From NCBI RefSeq assembly GCF_006345805.1, contig NC_043017.1, positions 25,668,001 through 25,732,000 of the forward strand: a stretch of DNA of 64,000 nucleotides. Direction: 5' to 3'. The notes below the pieces were generated by a model. The model was not told the origin of the DNA. It did not search any database and worked only from the letters and a program-made list of their open reading frames with translations. A program made the translations under genes and the position numbers. Source of the DNA: Octopus sinensis (taxonomy: Eukaryota). Shown here piece by piece: positions 13,811 to 27,562 of this stretch (the stretch's first letter is position 1; every line of letters begins with the position of its first letter).

Positions 13811-14546
13811 CACTCGAGCGTCTTTTATTTCTGTCTTTAATGCGCTCTTGTCAGACACTTCCGCCATTGTTTGCTTGAACTCTGACTCACTTCCTCTCCT
13901 CTCCTCTCGTGTTTTGTTGGATATTGACCACAAATATTTGTTCCATTATTTAATCTTCAGTAAATTTTGGAGTTCAATTGTTATTCGTTTGTTTATTTGT
14001 TTGTTTTACTGTTTGTCTTTTTGTCATGTTTTGTTTCTGTACTTTTCTGTTTTATACCTTTTCAGTTTAATTCATATAGAAACCCTTTATTTTAGTGATA
14101 CTAATTTCCAGTTTGTTCTTTATTGTTTCCTTACCTACAAGAAAAATATTGCCTTTGATGTTTCCTAGCTAAAACTTTTGGATTTATTTCTTGTATTTCA
14201 AAGGTCTTTTATAATCCTACTATTGTTATTTTGTAGTAGCTTTCTATCCGTCAGGAAACGATTTCTCTTTCTGTTCCGAGTACATGTACGTTTTGGTATA
14301 GCACTTTGATTCGGTATCGGAAGCTGGCTGTTTTTTTCTTATTAAGCATTTGAATTCATTCTAATTTACTTTACTGAAGCTGTAGATTATAAATGAGATG
14401 GCAAACGTATCTATTTCCGCTGCCTTATTAGATTAGCTGTTTGTATGAATCGCAGTCTCCTTTAGTAGCCTTTACTTGTTTTTCTTGTGTCTTTTATTTC
14501 CCGAGATTTATTTTCCTAAAAAGTATTAATATGACTTGTTGAGATC

Positions 14547-14940
14547 TAAGTTAAGTTAAGTTAATTTTTTTGGATAAAAAAGCAAAAAGCAAGGCCATGT
14601 AGGGGGACATAGAGTTATGTACAGGGAGGGTGTTCATGCAAAGAGTTCAGGCCATTTCTGGTCAAGAGAGACTTTGAACCGAGCAGTCGTCGGCATCTTC
14701 ACTATCTCGTCCGGCAGCTTATTCCACGGATCCGCAACCCGGACGGAGAAAGCCCCTCTCCTTCGATTGAGATGAAATCGTCGCAGATAGAGCTTTTTGG
14801 AGTGACCCCGCAGCCGACGCTCTGGAGCAGAGTGAAGAACAGATCTTTCGAGAGGTTACACTTTCCGCTTATGATGTTGTGAGCAAGAATGAGATCACCA
14901 CGGCGTCATCGTTTTTCTAGAGAATAAAGGTCGAGCATTT
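14547..14940 (-). mobile_element. CR1-clade LINE, 3' end of ORF2 plus 3' UTR, decayed
   Basis: Minus translation LYSLEKR*RRGDLILAHNII..[frameshift]..RLRGHSKKLYLRRFHLNRRRGAFSVRVADPWNKLPDEIV...* (stop 14634-14636), followed by a (TTAAC)n tail. Confidence 0.85.
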
Positions 14941-15100
14941 CGATTACTTCATATCTTCTTACATTTGTTTACGATGTGATCCTTCAGTATCATGTACGGC
15001 TTCCCTGATATTTATCACTACTATTGAATACAGCTATAGACAGCAGTCAAGGGATCTATACCTGAGACTAAAAGCGATCAATTCATTCAGTATATTGATA

Positions 15101-15866
15101 AATATTCTTTTTTACTCTAGGCACAAGGCACGAAATTCTTAGGGAGTATGCAAGTCGATTAGATCCATCACAGTATACAACTGGTACTTAATCTAAATAC
15201 CCCAAAATGATGAAAGGCAAAGCCGACCCCGGCGGAATTTGAACTCAGAATATAAAGGCATACGAAATACCTATTTCTTTACTACCCACAAGGGGCTAAA
15301 CACAGAGGGGACAAACAAGGACAGACAAAGGGATATTAAGTCGACTACATCGACCCCAGTACATAACTGGTTCTTAATTTATCGACCCCGAAAGAATGAA
15401 AGGCAAAGTCAACCTCGGCGGAATTTGAAATACCGCTAAGCATTTCGCCCGGTGTGCTAACGTTTCTGCCAGCTCGTCGCCTTAATGCCCGAAATTCTCG
15501 GGGAGGATGCCAGTCGATTAAATCAATCACAGAATGCAACTGGTATTTAATCTATCGACCCCAAAAGGATCAAACGCAAAGCCAACCCCGACGGAATTTG
15601 AACTCAGATTGTAAAGACATACGAAATATATATTTCTTTACTACCCACAAGGGGCTAAACACAGAGAGGAGGCAAACAAGGACAGCCAGACGGATTAAGT
15701 CGATTATATCGACCCCAGTGCGTAACTGGTACTTAATTTATCGACCCCGAAAGGATGAAAGGCGAAGTCGACCTCGGCGGAATTTGAACTCAGAAGGTAA
15801 CGGTAGTCAAAATGCCGCTAAGCATTTCGCCCGGCTTGCTAATGTTTCTGCCAACTCGCCGCCTTG
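15101..15866 (-). mobile_element. Cluster of nested or tandem SINE-A copies
   Basis: Repeated atcgaccccgaaaggatgaaaggc..gtcgacctcggcggaatttgaactcag bodies; heads near 15480 and 15865. Confidence 0.85.
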
Positions 15867-15931
15867 AAATGCACTTTCTATCGTTGGCCCTTAATCCTCA
15901 TTTTATTTGAGCTTCATTATTGGGAGTTGAA

Positions 15932-16122
15932 AGGCGTTGAACCGGCAGAATCGTTAGAACGCCAGATAAAATTTTTAGCAGAACATCGTCCCTTTTTATT
16001 TTCTGAGTTCAAATTACAAGGTATACTTTGCCTTCTATCCTTTCGGGGTCGATGATATAAATACCAGTTGCAAAGAGAATTCCATCGAATCTACACGACC
16101 CCTTCCTCCAAATTTTAGGCCT
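15932..16122 (+). mobile_element. Degenerate SINE-A
   Basis: ggcagaatcgttag, ctgagttcaaatt, cctttcggggtcgat. Confidence 0.7.
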
Positions 16123-16715
16123 TAAGACTATAGCCATACTACAATCTCCTCGAATAGTGATCGCACATAAATCACACCACGAAATGCATCATTGTTATGT
16201 TGCTGGTCATTTTATCCATTGATGTAATTGTCTTATTTTGCAAACATTGTATTTCAAGACTATTTCGTTTGTATTTAAAATCTTGATTTACTTTGCCTTA
16301 TTTGCTTCGAGCGTATATTTGTGATTTCTTACCGTGTATGATGTACAAACAGTAAAGTTTCTATGCAGTAGACGCATATTATAATTGTAAACATGACAAA
16401 AGTCACTTGTACACAGACAGGTCATTCCGTTATATTGCGTCTTATCTTGCTTGTTTTCAAATATTTATTTCGTTTGTCGTAGATCTTGACCTCAATTCTG
16501 TACAATTGTGTTATTTCAACGAAATATTTTGTCACAATCATCGTTAATGCATAAAGTGTGTTGTACACACTGGGACGTACTTAGCGTCAATTTCTTCATA
16601 TACTTCTTAAATTTAGTTTTGATTCATGATGAAGTAAACAAATGTATATGAGATTTTTCGGAGGGCCACTTATACACGAGGGAATGGTGTATTAAAACAA
16701 ATATTATGATTAGTA

Positions 16716-16962
16716 GGAGCACTCCGTCGGTTGCGACGATGAGGGTCCCAGCTGATACGATCAACGGAACAGCTTGCTCGTGATATTAACGTGCTGAGCA
16801 CTCCACAGACACGTGTACCATTAACGTAGTTCTCGGGGAGAATCAGCGTGACACAGAGTGTGACAAGGCTGGCCCTTTGAAATACAGGTACAAGAGAAAC
16901 AAGAAGAAAGAGCGAGAGAAAGTTGTGATGAAAGAGTACAGCAGAGTTCACCACCACCCCCT
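16716..16962 (-). mobile_element. 5'-truncated SINE-C with tail 2
   Basis: Matches 53780-54030 (gcactccgtcggtt, ctccacagacacgtgtacc, agagtgtgacaaggctggccc). Confidence 0.8.
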
Positions 16963-17759
16963 TACAACTTTTTCTTTGACGTTCTGATTTTTAAACGTTT
17001 CGAAGTCAACTTGCCCTTTTGTTGACTAGGCTAACAAAGAATAGATCCTGGTGACGCTTAGTTCGACTAAAGGCTGTGCTCCATCGTGGCCGCAGTCAAG
17101 TGACTGAAACAAATAAAAGAGTAAAAGAGAATACAAATAAATAAATAAATGCATGTACACTGGGTGAATCTGACTGGAAGATATTCGATCGTCGATCTTC
17201 ACAATTTACGCAAACAGAAGGCTAAAGAAGACACAAGAATGTTCAGCCCCTGATTTATATTTGTCGGGTTTCTCGGCAACAGAAATCGAATATATTTGTA
17301 TTGTTTTTATTTTTATTTCTATTTTGTTGTAATTTATATTTGCTTCACATCGTTTTCCATTTTTGCTCGACAATCTCTTGTCCTACAGTTGATGTATTAT
17401 CATACTTTTCTGCTAGTGGAAGACTCCTACCTGCTCTAGTGGGTGTTAAATCATAATTTGTCTGCGCTGATTATCGGGGAGGGATGTATTGTTTATGCAA
17501 TGAAGTTATTATTGTCTTTCTTGTTTTCCTATGTGGTCTTTCTAATTCACTTATATAGAAGTTAACTCGGACTTATTACTATTACAGCTACAATATTGAT
17601 ATCTATTACCTTTGCTTTTGGCATTTAGCTTAGCTTCAAGAAGTAATCATCTCATTCACTTATGATATATCTTCGGAAATCTTTCTTTCATTTTCATGGC
17701 TTATACACTGTCCAATTTATATTTTTGCGTTGTTTCCGTAGATATATTTATCTTTTCTT

Positions 17760-18420
17760 TCTTTTTTTTTAGTGATGGTTGCAAATAACATTTTGTTGTA
17801 TTTTTACTTAACTTTTCACCGTCCAAAATGGTCGTAGCACATTTTTCTGAAACAAATACCAATTTCAAGCTAGTTTTCTTCATTATAATTCTACACAGTA
17901 CGTAACAATCTTTTTTGCTTTCTACCTTAAACATATATTTTACAGGCCATACATATGTAGACAACATTTTCTTGTTTCATCTCTAGAGTCCTAAATATGC
18001 CTCCGCATAAAACTTACAACTACAGGTGACACACAGAAAAATAGTGAGAAATTCATTTTGAATTGTATTCATTTACGATGGATTGATTCCATTTTTTTAT
18101 GTTTGGTAATTTTGCTTAAATCTACAAAATTGTTTTTCTATTTATTCATAGCATTTTTCTATTTACTCGTAGCATTTTTTACTTAACATCTCCCTGGGCA
18201 AAATGAACGTGGCTCGTTTTTCTAAAACAAATTTCATGCTAATTTCCTTCAGTATATTTCTACAGATTACGTTAAAATTGTTCACGTTCTACCAATCTTC
18301 ACCATATATTTTATAGGCCATACACATGTATGCAGGCAATGGCTACTTTCCACAACCTCACTGCCTTAAATCTGCATCGGCATAAAACATACAAGTGCAA
18401 ATGACAGACAGAAAAACAGT
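17760..18420 (-). pseudogene. Two tandem, highly decayed RT fragments, probably R4/Dong clade
   Basis: Two diverged ~380-bp units; translations ISMKFVLEKRATFIL and LKLVFVSEKCATTIL resemble the IGMxFGLxKCA segment that follows YMDDLKLY in R4/Dong RT. Confidence 0.45.
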
Positions 18421-19451
18421 GACGAATTCATTTTGAATTGTCTTGAGTTATGAAGCCTGAATATGAGTTTCATTTTTGTTATTTCATTATTTCGCTTGTA
18501 TCCACTAAATTCATTTTGCATTTACCCACAGCATCTTGATGTGCGCTTTCCTTTGTTGATACTAATGCATTTGGACGTCCTTCGTCATAAAATAACATAC
18601 GATGTTACGTTATAAAAATATTTCTGTTCATCAATTTAAGCTCCTGTATTTTATCTTGCATCATAGAGTTACTGATCGTCGCATTCGTAACTGCCTTTTC
18701 CACGTTGACAGATTGCAGCGTCTGCTTTTCCAGTTTCTGTTGCAAAAGAGGAGATAAACACACCGAAATGAATGCATTCAACAGTCTGATTACGGGGGAA
18801 TGTGAACTGACTCGGTGTATTTACATCTATGTGTGTACAGCGAGAAATTTACTCTCTCACAACATATATTTATTGGCTTTCTTACACGTTCGAAAGTGCC
18901 TGCAGCATATTTCAACTGGTACGAGTTTGTATTTATAAACATCACTGCGTGAGATTCTCAGCCCCATACAAATCAGACTGGTTTGCCAAGATGATAGAAA
19001 TTTATACCATGAAAAGAGCTCTGTGATTAGCCTGAGAGACTTCTATTGACATTTACTTTTCTTTGTCGTCCTAGTGTGAAGAACACGCATGGAAACCATC
19101 CTCCCTGTATTCTTATACTTGTTTCAGTTATTGGACGACGACCATGCTGCGACACCACCTCTTAAAATTTTAGTCCAATAAACTACCATATTGAATATTC
19201 TTTTTTAAGGCTGATACTAACGCTCTGTGTTTTCCTGAAACGCTAATTTACTATTATTTAAACAAACCAACACCGGTTGTCAAGTGATATGAAGACAAGC
19301 ATATATATACGAATTCACACATACATGCATACATATAAGTATATACATATATATATATATTTATATATATATATATATATATATTATTTGCATATATATA
19401 CATACATATATTTGTATGTATGCATGTATATATGTATGTACATATATATAC

Positions 19452-19492
<41 letters not shown>

Positions 19493-19520
19493 CATGTGTA
19501 TGTATGCATGTATATATGTA

Positions 19521-19565
<45 letters not shown>

Positions 19566-20101
19566 ATATATAATATATATATAAATGATAGACTTCCATC
19601 CAGTTTCCACATACCAAATCGACTCCAAGCCTTTGGTCAAACTGGGCCCTGAGTAGTGGGACAAAAGCTAGAGCAACGTCAGCTAAAGGGGCTTCGTAAC
19701 GACGCAGGCACGGCGAGTAATTTTATTTTATAAATATTGTAAACAAAATACAACCGAATGTAAGTTATCAAACAAGTCTTTTTATGTGAGTTTCAAAAAT
19801 GCTTTCTGTTGGATTTCTATTTTGAAAATATTTTAAAGAACATTTATGTTTCTTTCTTTCTTTTTTTGTACGTGAATACAAGTTTACCTTATTATTATTC
19901 ATGGAATAAAACGATTGCAAGAAAATCATTTAAGGCATCCATTGTCAGGAAGATTCAAAGTAATTTATTTACAGTTCTATATCAGAAGGAAAAGAATGAA
20001 TGAATGAAAAGAACAAAATAAGTATCTAACATGGAGAGTACTAGAAAGAAGGTAAAAATATACGATTATTCATTGTGTGTGGCGTGTATGTGTGCATGTA
20101 A

Positions 20102-20148
<47 letters not shown>

Positions 20149-20159
20149 ATATATATATA

Positions 20160-20200
<41 letters not shown>

Positions 20201-20592
20201 TACATTATATATATATAGGTGAATTTCTGTTTATTAAATATTCATTTACTAGAAAAATATATTATATATATATATATACACACATATATATATACATAAA
20301 TACTTGTCATATAATGTATATATATATATATATATATAGATATGTGTGTGTGTGTTTGTGTGTGTACATATTTATATGTTTGTGCATGTGTTAGATGATA
20401 CATATATATTAAGATTGGTAGAGAAATAGATGCATAGACACGTACATACATGAATAAATACAGGCATATATACTTAAATAGATATATTTATATACACAAA
20501 ATTATATATATATATATATATATATATTGGAGAATTTCTACGCATGTATAGTAATATATTTGACAAATAATTCATTTGTACATATATGCGCA

Positions 20593-20652
<60 letters not shown>

Positions 20653-20722
20653 CATCTATCTATCTATTTATCTCTCTCTCTTTCTCTTTCTCTCTCTCTC
20701 TATATATCTCTCTCTCTTTCTC

Positions 20723-20754
<32 letters not shown>

Positions 20755-21734
20755 CTATGGCTGTGTGTGTGTCTATATATATGTTTGCATATACATATAC
20801 TTATAAATGCAATTATATATATATATATATATATATATGTTGTATATGTCGAGTTTAGTGAGTATGTATAGGCGATATTGAGGGAGTATCTGTATCTTTT
20901 GTGTGTGAGTGTTTTGCGCGTGAGTGTGTGTTTTGTGTGTGAAGTGTATATGGGTTTGTTATTTAGGTTTTGGGATAATACATATATCTTTTTTTTTTTT
21001 TTTTTAGGGAATCGTGGTAATAGTCTATATTTCGATATGGATATATATAGGTTATTATGGATTATATACTTATTTTTTTCATTATACTTTAATTATTTAA
21101 AAGTATTATTTTTATATTTTAAAATTTTGATTTTTAGATTGGAAGTCCACCAAGATTGTCGATCAAGACAAGAAACGATTGTAGTGGCGGTTTTTTTGAC
21201 TATTTATTAAATTTTATGTATTGATTAAGTCTTCCTTGTTTTTTTTGCAAAATAGTGGTTTTGTCTCAATAATATTTTATATATATATATATATATACAC
21301 ATATATATGCATGCATATATATATACACCCAAACGCACACATACACACACACGTAGTTGAAAGGCAATGCATTGAAATGAAAGACCGAAGGATTATTTAT
21401 TCCAGTAAAAAGAGTTGAGGCTGAATTTTCTATTTGATTTTATTCTCCTCTAGTTTATTTCATAGCGAATATATTGTTGCCGATTCGTTTGACTTCGTTA
21501 GCGGAATACCAGAAATGTTGCAACAAAAACAAAATAAATAGATTTCATTGAAGACATTCTACCTATGATGTGTTTGAAGGGTGTATGCATACATTTATGA
21601 AAACACATACGCACATAACATACATGCTTACATAGGTATGCACATATATGCACGCAAATACCTTTTACGAATTAACGTGTATAATAACCATACATAGGTA
21701 TACGGCCTGTACAATGTACTCCCATATGTATAAG

Positions 21735-21768
<34 letters not shown>

Positions 21769-21771
<3 letters not shown>

Positions 21772-21915
21772 AGAATTCACAAAAAAATAAACAAAAGACA
21801 ACGACTGGTGGTGTAGACAACGAACAGATGTATTAGTTTAACGCTCGGGAAGTGAAAAAGTCTTTAACGTTTCGAGACTACGCTTTTCCACAGAAAGGAA
21901 CAGGGAGAGAAACAA
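21769..21915 (-). mobile_element. Short Penelope-like/retrozyme relic with minimal hammerhead-like motif, inside (TA)n
   Basis: Minus strand CTTT-CTGTGGA-aaagcgtagtctc-GAAAC-GTT-AAAG; (TA)n on both sides. Confidence 0.5.
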
Positions 21916-22179
21916 TATATACATATATATTATATATATATATATATATAATATACTTATATCGAAATTTTTATTCAATGAATTCATGATATTAAATCAA
22001 TTTTGGAAAGATGGTCATTCTTTTCTCCTACAGCCGAACAGAAAATCTGTGCGCGCATACACGTGACATCCTCTCATGCGAGGCAGGTCTTCTCCTCCTC
22101 TCGGAAAATGTTCAGTTTCGTTCAATTGCACGTTCACTTCCAACATAAAAGAGGGTATAAGCTTCCAGCCAGCATGTCT

Positions 22180-22310
22180 GAAGTTTCGCCAGTACCAATT
22201 GGAACTATGGAGACGTAAGGAATTCTTTGCGCAGGGAATAACGGATCTGCATGCAAGATGGGATAGAATATTGGCATGAAACGGTAATTGATTGCATATA
22301 TGGCTTTGTG
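22180..22310 (+). pseudogene. Mariner transposase C-terminal relic
   Basis: KEFFAQGITDLHARWDRILA*NGN resembles the mariner C-terminal FF..GI..L..RW.K.I...G.Y motif. Confidence 0.45.
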
Positions 22311-22637
22311 TTTAAAACTTGCGTCTTATGTTAGTTAAAATATCCGAACGGACGTTATTCCACAAGGCAAAGGAACAGCTATCCAGAAATTATATCGACC
22401 CAGGAAAAACCACTATATATCTGTATAGAGGAGAGCAGCCTGCAACTTTGAATTCATTGTCTACTCTTTTCGTTGTAATTTTTTTTGTTAATTTCAATTA
22501 ATCCTTCAGTTGCGTGTGTCAATGCTTTAACATATAAATTCACGTGAAGAAAAACAGCCATATTTATCAACAGATAAACAGACAGGTAGGAAGGTAGATA
22601 GATAAATAGATAGATAGATAAACAGATAGACAGGCAT

Positions 22638-22737
<100 letters not shown>

Positions 22738-22974
22738 CCAATGACAGAGACGGATATATGATTGAAGTATCGTAGGCACATCAATTATTCTTGCAATTCA
22801 TTTGTGGTAAACTTGTACAAAAAAACTCTTAGAAAAACGAGGTCCTTTAGATTGATTAAGAAACGAAATGAAAATGACAACTAGCTGCCTTGTAAGTTAA
22901 GGAAACTCTAAGCACAGTGTCGCACTTACACATAGATAACAACGAACATACTACATACCTATATATATATATAT

Positions 22975-23198
22975 ATATACATGGATGTATGTATGTATGT
23001 ATGCATGTATGTATGTATGTATTTATGTATGTATGTATGCATGTATGTATGTATCTATGTATGCATGCATGTATGTATGTATGTATGTATGTATGTAAGA
23101 ATGTATGTATGTAAGTACGTATTATATACTTATGTATGTATGAATGCACGTATGTATGTATGTATGTATGTATGTATGTATATATGCATGCATGTATG

Positions 23199-23229
<31 letters not shown>

Positions 23230-23842
23230 GAATGTATGTATGTAAGTACGTATGTATGTATGTATGTATGCATGCATGCATGCATGTATGTATGTATGTA
23301 TGTATGTATGTATGCATGCATGTATGTATGTATGTATGTATGTATGCACGTATGTATGTTTGTATGGATGTATGTATGTATGTATGTATGCATTTATGTA
23401 TGTATGTATGTATGTATGTTTGTATGCATGTATGTATGTATGTACGTATGTATGTATGTATGTATGCATGCATGCATGCATGTATGTATGTATGTATGTA
23501 TGCATGCATGTATGTATGTATGTATGTATGTATGTATGTATGTTTGTATGCATGTATGTATATATGCATGCATGTATGTATGTATGTATGTATGTATGTA
23601 TGTATGTATGTATGTATGTATGTATGTATGTATGATGTATGTATGTAAGTACGTATGTATGTATGTATGTATGCATACATGCATGCATGTATGTATGTAT
23701 GTATGTATGCATGCATGTATGTATGTATGTATGTATGTATGTATGCACGTATGTATGTTTGTATGGATGTATGTATGCATGTATGTATGCATTTATGTAT
23801 GTATGTATGTATGTATGTTTGTATGCATGTATGTATGTATGT
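22975..23842. repeat. (TATG)n microsatellite array with internal ~400-bp duplication
   Basis: Variant block gcacgtatgtatgtttgtatggatg occurs at 23346 and 23745. Confidence 0.9.
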
Positions 23843-24013
23843 GTTTCATGCTGTAGTGTGCTGCTGTTTTTCCTTTCGAAATAGCAAATATGTTGCAGTA
23901 AATTATTTCTGAACATTCAGGATCCCAGAGTAAGAAGACTCTTTAAATCTCAAAAGATATGTATAAACGTACATACATATATACACACCTAAATATTCAT
24001 AAAATTATATATA

Positions 24014-24087
<74 letters not shown>

Positions 24088-24338
24088 GTACAATTACTAA
24101 TATACGCTTATATATATATGCACACATATACATTTTTACATATATATATATATATATTATATATATGTATATATGTATATATGTAAATTTATATATATAT
24201 ATGTACATATATATACATGTATAATTACTGATATACGCATATATTTATATATATATATGCACACACATACATATATATATTTATATGTATGTATATATGT
24301 ATATATATAGATTTACATATATATATATATAGACATAT

Positions 24339-24370
<32 letters not shown>

Positions 24371-25010
24371 TGTATGTATGTATGTATGTATATACATGCA
24401 AACATACGCACAATAATGAGTGACACACAGACACATTCGAATACACATGCATACATTTACAGCATATAAAGAAGAAAAAAAAAAGAGTGTTTTCGTTTAC
24501 AACATCATTGACAAAGCAATTAAATTAATGTTTAAATAAATATTTCAATTGAAGTAAATAAATAATGTTTGTTTTTTTGTTTGTTTCTTATTTCTCTATT
24601 TGTTTTTATCATTTAATTTTAATATTGGAATCCTATAAAATATTAAAACAGATAAAGCACTTTACTAATACAGAAACGTTTAAATAGTCCCCCCCCCCAT
24701 ATAAATACACGCATGCGCACACGCGACTTCCATACTCACGAATACGCACATATATATATATATATATAAACATATATTCTTAATATATATGTGTATATAT
24801 TATATACATACATGTGTATATATATACATATATAAATGCACATATAGACGCACACACACACATATGTACACATACAGGATTATATATGTACGTACATACA
24901 CACATGCATTTATATATGAATACAAACATCACAATTAGATACGTATAATATATACATATGTGTATATTAATAATAATAATAATAATAATGATGATGATGA
25001 TGATGATGAT

Positions 25011-25066
<56 letters not shown>

Positions 25067-25164
25067 TAATGTCCCTGGCACAAGTGCTACCTGTATAATC
25101 TTGTTAGAACCCTCTTCGGAAACAAAAGCAATGTTTCTCAATTTTATTTACTGTGTGGAAACAT

Positions 25165-25950
25165 TATTTTCTACTCTTGGCACAAGGCCTGAAAATTTAG
25201 ACCGACCTCAGTACCTAAATGGTACTTAATTTATCGACCCCTAAATGATGAAAGGCAAAGTCGACCTCGGAGGAATTAGAACTCAGAACGTAATGACAGA
25301 TAAACTGCAGCTAAGCACTTAACCCGGCGAGCTAATGTTTCTTATTTCTTTATTGCCCACAAGGGGCTAAACGTTGAAGGGACAAACAAGAACAGACAAG
25401 GGGATATTATGTCGCGTACATCGACCCTAGTGCGTAACTGGCACTTAATTTGTCGACCCCGAAAGGATGAAACGAAAAGTCGACCTCGTCGGAATTAGAA
25501 CTCAGAACATAAAGACGGACGAAATACCTATTTCTTTACTACCCACAAGGGGCTAAACACAGAGGGGACAAACAAGGAGAGACAAACGGATTAAGTCGAT
25601 TATATCGACCCCAGTGCGTAACTGGTACTTAATTTATCGACCCCAAAAGGATGAAAGGCAAAGTCGACCTCGGTGGAGTGGAATTAGAACTCAGAACCTA
25701 AAGCCAGATGAAATACCTATTTCTTTACTACCCACAAGGGGTTAAACACAGAGCGGACAAACAAGGAGAGACAAACGGATTAAGTCGATTATATCGATCC
25801 CAGTGCATAACTGGTGCTTAATTATCGACCCCGAAAGGATGAAAGGCAAAGGTCGACCTCGGCGGAATTTGAACTTAGAACGTAACTGCAGACGAAATAC
25901 GGCTACGCATTTCGCCCTGCGTGCTAACGTTTCTACCAGATCGCCACCTT
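25165..25950 (-). mobile_element. SINE-A multimer (one head, about 4 bodies)
   Basis: Head at about 25950 (aaggtggcgatctggtagaaacgttagcacg), followed by repeated bodies joined at aaagaaata|ggtatttc. Confidence 0.85.
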
Positions 25951-25982
25951 TGCGGAAATATTGCAAAATTACTGAAAGTATT

Positions 25983-27240
25983 TATGAGAGTTGGCGGAAA
26001 GCTTCACCGGCTGATCAAGATACTTGCATTGAATGTGATCGAATGAGGTTTATTTGTCAAGATAGTCCCCACCCTGTTGCAATCTTCACATTTCTTCCAT
26101 CGCTGGTTTAGTGCTTCTATCCCATTGGCGAAGAAGCTTTTATCTTGTTAGTTAAGAAAGTCATCAAAAGCAGATATGACGTCATCGTCACTGCGATACT
26201 GGTTCCCAGCCAAGTAATTTTTCATATTGGTAACCAGATGATACTCAGGCGGGGCCAAATCAGAGAAACAGGTAAAATGATCGACCAGGTCAAAGATAAA
26301 GTCATACGCAGTAGCCATTAAAACGAAGGACTTGTGTGGTGGAGCATTGATCTGATGAAAGAAGATCCCTTTCTTCAGTTATCCCGGGCGTTTGAACTTG
26401 AAACTTCTCATAACTGTTTCACCAAGTTGGCATGGTAATTTCTTTTGATGGTGTAGCGCTTTTGAAGATAGGCAATAAAAACAACACCTTTTGCATCCCC
26501 AAAACGAAGACCACCACCTTCTTTACAAATTAAACGAACCTGGCCCTTTTTGGAGCAGGCAAGGAGAGGTGTTTCCACTCCATGAATTGTTTATTTGTCT
26601 CTAGCTCAAAGTCATGAAGGCAACTCTCATCCCTGTTTAGGAAGCACTCAGAGAAACCATATGGATCTACCTCAAATAGTGTCAGCTTTTCCAGTAATGT
26701 GATAAGCCTGGCGCGCTTTTGATCAAGTGTCAGAAGACTTGGCACCCACGGAAGAGAAAGTTTCGACATACCAAGTTCATTCTACAGAATTTTCTCAACT
26801 TAGTCGCGGCATATTATGATATAACTGGTTATTTGATTTATAGTCAAACACCTGTCATCCGTCAGCATGTGTTGAACACGATCAATGTTTTCGTCGGTGG
26901 GGGTCGTTACAAGACTCTCCCTTCCCCTCTCAAATTCAGCTGCCCATATTTGTATTGTTTTTAAAGCTGGCGTGTCATCGTTTAGTGTAGTTCTCATGTC
27001 AGCATGAACGTCCTTGGTGGCTAAACACTTTCTTTGCAAGTAATTGATAAGATCACGAAGCAAGATTTTGTTCGATTTCATGAGAACTCGCCACTAATTA
27101 CGATTGAAAGTCTCCTTTGAACAGTCAGATATCAGATTTCCGGCAAGGGCAGAATGCACTTACTAATAAGAAAATTTGAAATTAAGGCATGCAACATTTC
27201 TCAGTTCTTGCATCACTGTTTCACAGTCAACCTATGAAAT
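25983..27240 (-). mobile_element. Full-length decayed mariner (Tc1/mariner) DNA transposon
   Basis: Minus-strand fragments KTIQIWAAEFERGRES (HTH region), WVPSLLT, DESCLHDFELETNKQFMEWKH, FHQINAPPH, SDLAPPEYHL, GIEALNQRW are mariner transposase hallmarks; several stops and frameshifts. Confidence 0.85.
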
Positions 27241-27276
27241 ATATATATTATACATACATACATATATACATATATT

Positions 27277-27307
<31 letters not shown>

Positions 27308-27313
27308 GTGTGT

Positions 27314-27562
27314 GTGGAGGCGCGTGGCTTAGTGGTTAGGCTGTTGAACTCATGGTCGTAGGGTTGTGGTTTCGATTCCTGGACCTGGCGTCGCGTTGTG
27401 TTCTTGAGCAAAACACTTCATTTCACGTTGCTTCAGTCCACTCACCTGGCAAAAATGAGTAAAGCTGCGATGGACCGGCGTCCCGTCCAGGTGGGGGAAT
27501 TTCTACGCCACTGAAACCGGGAAACCGGCCCTTATGAGCCTGGCATGGCTCAAGAAGGAACA
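27314..27562 (+). mobile_element. tRNA-SINE with CORE-like and V-domain-like body
   Basis: A-box tggcttagtgg, B-box gtttcgattcc, gtgttcttgagcaaaacact, then gctgcgatggaccggcgtcccgtccagg (V-SINE-like, from recall). Confidence 0.75.

Noticed and set aside
13020-14168. 382-aa ORF and overlapping poly-His/Ile/Ser/Met ORFs
   Set aside because: Translations of the (CAT/CAC)n array, open in several frames and on both strands; no splice or domain evidence.
16333-16497. Mitochondrial insertion (NUMT) as the explanation for in-frame TGA segments
   Set aside because: The peptides resemble no mitochondrial protein and there are no neighbouring mitochondrial tRNA or rRNA sequences.
22034-22145. GC-rich segment after a good acceptor (ctcctacag)
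   Set aside because: No convincing donor, and it runs into a mariner relic.
22856-23916. Long YIHT/MYVC-repeat ORFs (also those at 6686-7306, 41728-42414, 46515-47422 and 57382-58151)
   Set aside because: Artefacts of stop-free tetra- and dinucleotide microsatellites.
25165-25950. CRISPR-like repeat-spacer appearance of SINE multimers and the 61441 triplication
   Set aside because: Units are whole SINE bodies without unique spacers; eukaryotic context and no cas genes.
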